This document shows positions 57,377 through 64,000 of a stretch of 64,000 bases of DNA, one piece after another. Every line of letters starts with the position of its first letter. The stretch's first letter is position 1. The notes beneath the pieces were generated by a model that had not been told where the DNA came from, did not search any database, and saw only the letters and a program-made list of their open reading frames with translations. This DNA is from Candidatus Zixiibacteriota bacterium. Lineage in GTDB: Bacteria > Zixibacteria > MSB-5A5 > JAABVY01. Made by a program: the position numbers and the translations under genes. The stretch covers positions 3,736-67,735 of the forward strand of contig DSEQ01000025.1 in assembly GCA_011056555.1 (NCBI GenBank). Reading direction: 5' to 3'.

Positions 57377-58873
57377 TCAGGCGCGGTTGTAGATATAGGT
57401 AAGATCGGCAAGCTTCTCTTTAATATCTGAAGCAAGGCTGTTCGGTTTCATCCGCCAGCGCCAGTTTCCATTACCGTGAGCGGGGCGGTTCATACGGGTC
57501 TCCTCTCCCAGGCCCAGAATATCCTGCATGGGGAAGATAGCCAGCTTCGCACGTGATGCCATGGCCAGACGTATCATCTCCCAGGGGATTTCATCGGCCG
57601 AAACTTCCCGCCCGATATACTTGAACAGCCTCCCCCTGATCTCGGGGTCGGTTTCATAATCAAACCACCCCCGCACTGTGTTGTTGTCGTGTGTGGCGGT
57701 GTAGGCGACATAGTTTTCCTCATAATTATGGGGCAGATAAGGATGTTTGGGATCATCGGCTCCAAATCCGAACATCAGAACCTTCATCCCGGGGAACGAA
57801 TATTTTTTCAAAGTCTCGCGGACATCCGCGTTGATCATTCCCAGATCCTCGGCCACAATGGGGGGGATGAAGAAATGTTTCAGCATGGTATTGAAGAAGT
57901 CATCAACCGGGACCTTGACCCATTTACCGTTAATCGCGGTTTCCTCTCCGCTGGCGACCTCCCAGTATGCGACAAGTCCGCGGAAATGATCGATCCTGAT
58001 GATATCGAACTGGCGGAAATTGTGCCTGAGCCTTTGAATCCACCATTTATAATCCGATTCCTTCAGCACATCCCAGTTATAAACAGGATTGCCCCATAGC
58101 TGGCCGGTTTCGCTGAAGTAATCGGGCGGCACCCCGGCCACAAAAGTCGGCGTCTTATCTTCGTTCAATTTGAAAATATGCGGATTGCTCCAGACATCCA
58201 CGCTATCATAGTTGACATAGATGGGAATATCACCGAAAAGCTGGATCCCTATTTCATTGCAGTATTTTCTCAAAGCGAACCATTGCTTATAGCAGAGATA
58301 CTGTATAAATTTTTCCCGCTCGATTTTTTCCTTGAATTCAGCCTCGGCCTTTTTCAGTGCATCCCGGTGCCGGTCGCGAAATTCCACCGGCCACTGATTC
58401 CAGGCTCTACCTTCAAAATGCCGCTTTAAAATCATGAAAAGTGCGAAGTCATCCAGCCAGTAAACATTATCCCGGCAGAACCGATCGTATTCGGCGCGAT
58501 GACTATTTTTCTGAAAATGGGCGAAGGCCCTGTCCAGCAGGGTTTTCTTGTATTCAGCCACAGCCTGAAAATCGACCTTCTCGATATCAAAGTCAGGAAC
58601 CGAATTCAGGTCGGAATCACTCAGGTATCCACCCTCGATCATCAATTCCGGGCTGAGCATCCACGGACTTATGGCTGAGGAGGAGGCGCTGCTATAAGGC
58701 GAATTGCCGTGCATGGGATCGGTCGGAGTGAGGGGAAGAATCTGCCAGCAGCTTTGCCTTGTGTCTGCCAGAAAATCGGCAAAACGATATGCCTCCGGGC
58801 CGAAATCACCTATTCCGAATCGTGACGGTAAAGAGGTTATGTGCATCAAAATCCCGCTGCCTCTCTTTATCAT
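57377..58873 (-). CDS. malQ: 4-alpha-glucanotransferase (amylomaltase, GH77)
   Basis: GSGILMHITSLPS N-terminus and GH77 catalytic regions; 498 aa. Confidence 0.9.
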   Translation of the reverse strand: MIKRGSGILMHITSLPSRFGIGDFGPEAYRFADFLADTRQSCWQILPLTPTDPMHGNSPYSSASSSAISPWMLSPELMIEGGYLSDSDLNSVPDFDIEKVDFQAVAEYKKTLLDRAFAHFQKNSHRAEYDRFCRDNVYWLDDFALFMILKRHFEGRAWNQWPVEFRDRHRDALKKAEAEFKEKIEREKFIQYLCYKQWFALRKYCNEIGIQLFGDIPIYVNYDSVDVWSNPHIFKLNEDKTPTFVAGVPPDYFSETGQLWGNPVYNWDVLKESDYKWWIQRLRHNFRQFDIIRIDHFRGLVAYWEVASGEETAINGKWVKVPVDDFFNTMLKHFFIPPIVAEDLGMINADVRETLKKYSFPGMKVLMFGFGADDPKHPYLPHNYEENYVAYTATHDNNTVRGWFDYETDPEIRGRLFKYIGREVSADEIPWEMIRLAMASRAKLAIFPMQDILGLGEETRMNRPAHGNGNWRWRMKPNSLASDIKEKLADLTYIYNRA

Positions 58874-61674
58874 GATTCCTCCTCACTGATCAATAACGCT
58901 GCCGGAAAGCTATTCAAAATTCGGCCTGTCGAGAATGCATTGTCTTCGCTTTTTATCCGCTCTTTTGTAATCATATTAATCCAGTTTTGAGGGAAGTCCT
59001 CGGGCACTTTTATTCTTGTGTCCTTCCATACTTTTTCACCCAGCGGCAACTCGTCTTCTCTTATCAAAGCGGTCAAAAATCTCGGCGCCGCAACAACAGC
59101 AAAAGAACTTTCGAGGTTCCTTCCAAAAGCGACGATATTGTTACTGAATTCTCCTGCGCATTCCAATGGCATATAATTTCCTTTCAGGAACAGGTTTCGG
59201 TTATTATTCCTGGCCCTCAGGATTGCATGAATCAGGAACTGCTTTACTCTCCCGTCCTGTTTTTTATCCAATAGTCTCCCGATCAGCCCTTCAAGATCAT
59301 TATCGACAGCCTGCTTTATATTTTCAAGGCTGCTGTATCGCTTTTCGAAATCGACCGGCCGCCGATTGTCCGGATCAACCAGGGTCAGATCCCAGTACTC
59401 GGTACCCTGATAGAAGTCAGGCACTCCGGGGCAGGCTATTTTGAGCAGGATCTGTGAAAGCGAATTAAAGATTCCATAATGGGCGATCTTTTTCTGGAAT
59501 GGTACAAATTCTTCCCAGAAATGATTATTCTTCACCCTGTCGAAAACCTTATCAACAAAACCCAGAAAAGCCTCTTCATATTCATTGTCCGGTTTGATCC
59601 AGGCAGTATGTACCTTGGCCTCCCGCACAGCCTTGATGACATATTCCTTGATCCGCTCCTTATAGACCTCGATATCTTCCAGACCTGTATATGTTCCCAA
59701 AAGAGTTTGATAAAAGAAATACTCATCATTGTAATCCGGCGCGTACTTCTGCCTGACTTTCTTCTTCCTGCTGCGGTTAATCTTGATCCAGTTCTTGAGG
59801 TTCTGCTCCCACTCAGTCGGTATTTCGGAAAGAACGTTTATACGGGCGCGGGTATCTTCACCCCGCTTGGTATCATGAGTTGCAGTGGTATTCAACGAAT
59901 ACGGGAATTTTTCGGTACGCCGTCTATTGAATTCATGGAAATTATCAATCGATATCCCGAAGCGGTGCGGGTTGCTGCCGACCTCGTTCAGAGAGGTCAG
60001 GCGGTTGTATATATACAGGATGGTATCCTCGAAACCCTTGGCCATTACCGGGCCGGTGTATTGCTGGAAGTTCATAATCACATGCATCCAGCGCTTCTTT
60101 TCATCCTCGGGAGCGGAATCATCGTACTTCAAAAGCAGGAATTTCTCGATGAACTTCAGTTCATAGCCCAGATCGGGATTCCGCTCCAGGGCGGAGTCAA
60201 TCGCCTCTTTTATAATCTTCCTGTCCGTTTCCCGCACGAACTCATCATTAATATAGGTGCGGTAAACCGGAAACAGTGCAATAACCTCCTCCAACGCACG
60301 CTTTAATCCATACAGCGTGATATCCTGACCATAGCGGTCATGGCTGGAAATATGCTTTATATATTGCGCCAGATTATCAATATTGCCGGCCATATGTTTT
60401 TCGATGATCAATTTCTTCTTTTCATGCAGAATCTCATCATAGCTCTGCGAGAGCCGCGCATACTTATAATACAGTTTGCTGAAGCGGTCGCGGTTATTTT
60501 CATCACACAAAAGCCCGTTAACATGATTTAAAAATTCATATCCGGTGGTTCCCTGTACAGGCCATTCAGAAGGAAGTTGCTCATCTTCTTCCAGAATTTT
60601 TTCTACGACTATAAAGGCGTCGCCGGTTTTCTCCCGCAGCCTCTGCAAATATGTTTCCGGATCAAATAAGCCATCGATATGGTCTATACGCAAACCCGTA
60701 AATTTCTCCTGGTCGAGCATTTTGAAGATGAGTTGATGGGTGTGCTCCATGACCTTTTTGCTTCTGATATTGACACAGATCAGGTCATTGACAGTAAAAA
60801 AGCGTCGGTAATTTATTTCCTCGGTGGCCACTTTCCAGAATGATAAACGGAAAAGCTGCTCACCTATCAGCTCATCGAGCGCCTCTATTCCGCTCTTGTC
60901 CTCGGATTCGGAGTTGAAAAATGCCAGGTTTTCATCAACAAAGTTTCTGACGGCTGCATTATCCTGATATAGCGACCATAATATTCTCTTGACATGCTGA
61001 ACCTGATGACAAAATGAATCGGGACCATCTAAGGATGAAATCGTGCGCATCAGATGAAGCGTGCCCAGGAATTTTATGTACTCGGAGTTGTCCTGACCCA
61101 GAGTTTCCTCCAGGGAGGAGATATTGTACTCAAACAGGCGTGGATATGAGCTTATACGCAGGGGCAGCCTGAGTTCGTAATAATTGACGCTGAGGCCGTT
61201 CCGGTCGTATTTTAATTTGATCTCTCCAACCTGGAGACATTCAGCATAAAGTTTTCCCAGCACCGGCACCAGCATCTTACCCTTCATATTTTCATAGGGA
61301 TGATCCCATTCGATTTCGAAAAATTCATAATATTTCGAGTTTTCCCCCGCCTCGAAAATATCCATGAGCATTTTATTATCAGAATTTATGGCCATGTGAT
61401 TAGGCACTATATCCTGCAGCCATCCCATACCTTTGTTCTTGACCGCCTGCATGAGATTCTGGTAATCATCTTCCTCGCCCAGATCAGGGTTCAGGCTCAA
61501 CGGATCGACTATGTCATAACCGTGCGTACTGCCCTTGCGGGCATGAAATATGGGAGATGCGTATATATCTGTTATTCCCAGCTCAGAAAGGTAATCGACG
61601 ATTCTTTCCGCATCCCTGAATCCAAATCCGGGGTTAAACTGGATTCTGTATGTCGAAACCGGGATGTGCGTCAT
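58870..61674 (-). CDS. treY: malto-oligosyltrehalose synthase (GH13, TreY)
   Basis: STYRIQFNPGFGFRDAERIVDYLSELGITDIYASPIF N-terminus typical of TreY; 934 aa. ATGA overlaps with the flanking genes. Confidence 0.85.
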   Translation of the reverse strand: MTHIPVSTYRIQFNPGFGFRDAERIVDYLSELGITDIYASPIFHARKGSTHGYDIVDPLSLNPDLGEEDDYQNLMQAVKNKGMGWLQDIVPNHMAINSDNKMLMDIFEAGENSKYYEFFEIEWDHPYENMKGKMLVPVLGKLYAECLQVGEIKLKYDRNGLSVNYYELRLPLRISSYPRLFEYNISSLEETLGQDNSEYIKFLGTLHLMRTISSLDGPDSFCHQVQHVKRILWSLYQDNAAVRNFVDENLAFFNSESEDKSGIEALDELIGEQLFRLSFWKVATEEINYRRFFTVNDLICVNIRSKKVMEHTHQLIFKMLDQEKFTGLRIDHIDGLFDPETYLQRLREKTGDAFIVVEKILEEDEQLPSEWPVQGTTGYEFLNHVNGLLCDENNRDRFSKLYYKYARLSQSYDEILHEKKKLIIEKHMAGNIDNLAQYIKHISSHDRYGQDITLYGLKRALEEVIALFPVYRTYINDEFVRETDRKIIKEAIDSALERNPDLGYELKFIEKFLLLKYDDSAPEDEKKRWMHVIMNFQQYTGPVMAKGFEDTILYIYNRLTSLNEVGSNPHRFGISIDNFHEFNRRRTEKFPYSLNTTATHDTKRGEDTRARINVLSEIPTEWEQNLKNWIKINRSRKKKVRQKYAPDYNDEYFFYQTLLGTYTGLEDIEVYKERIKEYVIKAVREAKVHTAWIKPDNEYEEAFLGFVDKVFDRVKNNHFWEEFVPFQKKIAHYGIFNSLSQILLKIACPGVPDFYQGTEYWDLTLVDPDNRRPVDFEKRYSSLENIKQAVDNDLEGLIGRLLDKKQDGRVKQFLIHAILRARNNNRNLFLKGNYMPLECAGEFSNNIVAFGRNLESSFAVVAAPRFLTALIREDELPLGEKVWKDTRIKVPEDFPQNWINMITKERIKSEDNAFSTGRILNSFPAALLISEEES

Positions 61675-64000
61675 TCCACCCTGACCCTTATATGTTCGCC
61701 CAGCAATTTAAACTGCTCCACCCAATCCTGTGCATATTTATCCCCGGCCTCGGCCCTGTCCTTGATTTCAGGATAATTAGTCCTGCCTGTATTGAAATAG
61801 CGCACTTGAGATTTCCAGAGGTTATACTGCAGAGAAAGAGGTTCCAGGGTCTGCATCAGTCGGTTTATAGTTTGCAGCAGCTCCCGGTTCTCGGGCTCGT
61901 CTCTCCATTGCGAGGTCAATGAATCTATCTTTGTACTGGTCAGGTATCCCAGGGTCTCCTTATCTATTTCCAGCGGCCAGCGGCCAATTTCCTCGACATT
62001 TCTTTCCAGCTTTTCGAAATCCAGTTCGTCGCTCTCGAGATTACTGCGGATATCCCGGTTCAAAACAAACTTCATCAGTGTTGAGAAATAGTCGGGGAGG
62101 GGCATATTCAGGTCGGAGAGGGCCTGAATCACCGGATATTGACTCTCAAACAGCTGGCGAAACGAAGTATCGATATCTTTGGCGCTCCGATCCAGAAGCT
62201 CGCTCATGATCGCGCGCTGCTCGTTCTTGAAGAGATGCCTCAATGAGAAGCTGTTGTTCTCAAAATACTTATCGGTAAGCCGCACCACCTCGGAGATGTC
62301 GTTTTTCATGAAACTGCCATGAATGTCGGTCAGCATTGAGTCGAACTTCTCCTGCTCCATCCTTGCCAGCGCTCCGCTCATTATATTGTGCCCGCCCAGA
62401 TGCAGCGCGGCAAAACTGATATGCTCTTCACTCCATGTGATATCGGAGCGAATATGCACCGATCCAATGGCCAGCTTCTGGCGCCCGACTTCTGAGCGGT
62501 CAAAGATTTTTCCCTTAACAGAATAATTATATATCTTATCCTCCTCGGAAAAATCCCTGAACAGGGTACTGATGCCGTAATGTGCGCCGACACGTAAAAG
62601 CTCGAGGATACTGGGTTCAACATATTTTTCATATATATCTGCGCCATGCTTATGTTCATCGAGATTACTCGGCACCCTTTCCATCAGGCCCTTGTAGGCA
62701 TTCTGGAGGTTTATTCCGCTGACTTCCTTCGCCAACTGCATCGCGCGGGCGGCATATTCGATCACCTGCACCGTTTCAAGACCCGAGACCTCGTCAAAGA
62801 ACCATCCGCAACTGGTGTACATCAGCATCGCATGTCTCTGCATTTCCAGAAGGCGCAGGAGCTTGATTTTATCCTCCTGGGTTAAATCTTCACGGGCATG
62901 GTTGCTCAGGAAGCTCTCCACGTTTTCATTGGATCTATCCAGGATGACCTCAATATAATCATTCCTGGCCTGCCACGGATCCTGCAATAGCTTTGAACCG
63001 CTGTCCTCGTAAATTTCAATCAGGTTATCCCGCAGCCAGTCCAGTGCACCCCTGAGCGGTGCACGCCATTTTTGATTCCATCCTTCATGCATACCCGTGG
63101 AACATCCGCAGTCACTCCGCCAGCGCTCGATCCCATGCACACAGCTCCAGGACGAATCCTCGATGATCTCGGCCTCATATTCGGGAGGATGCCGCTCGAG
63201 ATATTCGCCGTAATTGGTCAGCTTGGCAGGGGTTTCCTTCTCCAGGTAATAGAGGCAATAGGCCAGTGCCATATCGCCATGAGTCTGGTGATGCCCGTAG
63301 GTTTCACCGTCGGTTGCTATATGCACAAGCTGCGATTCATCTCCCTCTTCGTCGAAGGCCGAATGCAGGCGTTCGGCAAAAATTTCACCATTGGTCAGAA
63401 GACCGCCGAAGGCGATATCCTGTGAGATAGGACCGTCATAGAAGAACAGCGCTATTGAATTTCCTGAAGGCAGGTTGCAGAGATAGGGGCGTTTCGGATC
63501 AACCGATGAATCGGAGACATCCGTCCACTCCTGTTCACCCAGTTGCCTGATTCTTTTAGCCTGATGCGGGGCCAGGAGTGTGAATTTGATGCCGTACTCG
63601 GCAAGAAACTCGAGCGTTTCGATATCCACCGCGGTTTCGGGCAGCCACATGCCTTCGGGGTCACGGCCAAATCGGCTCTGGAAGTCTTTTATGCCCCAGA
63701 TGATCTGGGTCCTTTTATCGCGTTCATTTGAAAGCGGCATGATGCTGTGATTATAGGTTTGCGCCATAGCCGAACCATGACCGGAATATCTTTCCAGACT
63801 TTCCTTATCTGCCTGCAAAATGGCCTCGTAAATTTCCGGGTCAAACCACTTCAGCCAGCTCAGAAGAGTGGGGCCAAAATTGAAACTGATTTTTGAGTAA
63901 TTATTGCTGATATCGATAATACGCCTTTCCGGATCGAGGATATGCGAGGCCGTGTTGGGTGCATAGCATTCAGCGGTGATTCGGCTGTTCCAGTCGTGAT
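61671..64000 (-). CDS. GH57-family alpha-glucan-active enzyme (amylopullulanase/branching-enzyme-like with a C-terminal DUF3536-like region); 5'-truncated, frame open to the window end
   Basis: GH57 N-terminal conserved blocks (ECYAPN...SFNFGPTLLSWL, AYNHSIMPL) lie upstream of the listed TTG start. No stop in frame up to 64000. Confidence 0.8.
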   Translation of the reverse strand, partial: HDWNSRITAECYAPNTASHILDPERRIIDISNNYSKISFNFGPTLLSWLKWFDPEIYEAILQADKESLERYSGHGSAMAQTYNHSIMPLSNERDKRTQIIWGIKDFQSRFGRDPEGMWLPETAVDIETLEFLAEYGIKFTLLAPHQAKRIRQLGEQEWTDVSDSSVDPKRPYLCNLPSGNSIALFFYDGPISQDIAFGGLLTNGEIFAERLHSAFDEEGDESQLVHIATDGETYGHHQTHGDMALAYCLYYLEKETPAKLTNYGEYLERHPPEYEAEIIEDSSWSCVHGIERWRSDCGCSTGMHEGWNQKWRAPLRGALDWLRDNLIEIYEDSGSKLLQDPWQARNDYIEVILDRSNENVESFLSNHAREDLTQEDKIKLLRLLEMQRHAMLMYTSCGWFFDEVSGLETVQVIEYAARAMQLAKEVSGINLQNAYKGLMERVPSNLDEHKHGADIYEKYVEPSILELLRVGAHYGISTLFRDFSEEDKIYNYSVKGKIFDRSEVGRQKLAIGSVHIRSDITWSEEHISFAALHLGGHNIMSGALARMEQEKFDSMLTDIHGSFMKNDISEVVRLTDKYFENNSFSLRHLFKNEQRAIMSELLDRSAKDIDTSFRQLFESQYPVIQALSDLNMPLPDYFSTLMKFVLNRDIRSNLESDELDFEKLERNVEEIGRWPLEIDKETLGYLTSTKIDSLTSQWRDEPENRELLQTINRLMQTLEPLSLQYNLWKSQVRYFNTGRTNYPEIKDRAEAGDKYAQDWVEQFKLLGEHIRVRVE

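Noticed and set aside
1-64000. CRISPR arrays, transposases, integrases, prophage genes and tRNA genes
   Set aside because: No short direct-repeat/spacer arrays, no IS or integrase-like ORFs, and no tRNA-like cloverleaf candidates were seen. The window appears to be core chromosome, except for the metal-resistance island, which shows no mobility genes.

Overview
Mostly chromosomal window (about 50% GC) dominated by minus-strand operons. Gene content (T9SS C-terminal sorting domains, cohesin/dockerin-like secreted proteins, a group 3b NiFe sulfhydrogenase, a Cus-type heavy-metal RND efflux island, rubrerythrin/peroxiredoxin/PerR) suggests an anaerobic, probably uncultured FCB-group or candidate-phylum bacterium; that placement is inference only. 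Recognised blocks in order: T9SS/dockerin secreted proteins; an orphan sensor kinase; a CoA-transferase; a LolA-like/FtsX/ABC/OMP export cluster; AKR/DUF72/PRTase/DUF2267; HPF, a small kinase and groESL with a perfect CIRCE; a GluR0-like ligand-gated K+ channel followed by a sigma54-type two-component system; a copper/silver efflux island (CopC-like, SHOCT, a Met-rich protein, CusA-B, a YHS protein, CusC-like); hypEDCF, a maturation protease and a four-subunit group 3b NiFe hydrogenase with an embedded cNMP-binding-domain gene; two tandem two-domain DsrC/TusE-like genes, each carrying one lesion; fpg, an MBL hydrolase, a site-2 protease and ppsA; hypBA; a roughly 1-kb non-coding island carrying two paralogous promoter-to-terminator small-RNA genes; MltF-like, prx-trx, perR-rbr; and malQ, treY and a GH57 glucan gene. 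The most interesting signals are: (1) the sRNA pair; (2) CRP-type TGTGA-N6-TCACA boxes in front of both the hydrogenase and the DsrC-like genes, plus the cNMP-binding ORF inside the hydrogenase operon; (3) a shared 16-bp palindrome upstream of both the NtrC-type TCS and the cus operon; (4) a 760-bp structured non-coding region next to ppsA. No CRISPR, transposase or integrase was seen. Coordinates I derived by hand (sites, hairpins, alternative starts) may be off by 1-2 nt.
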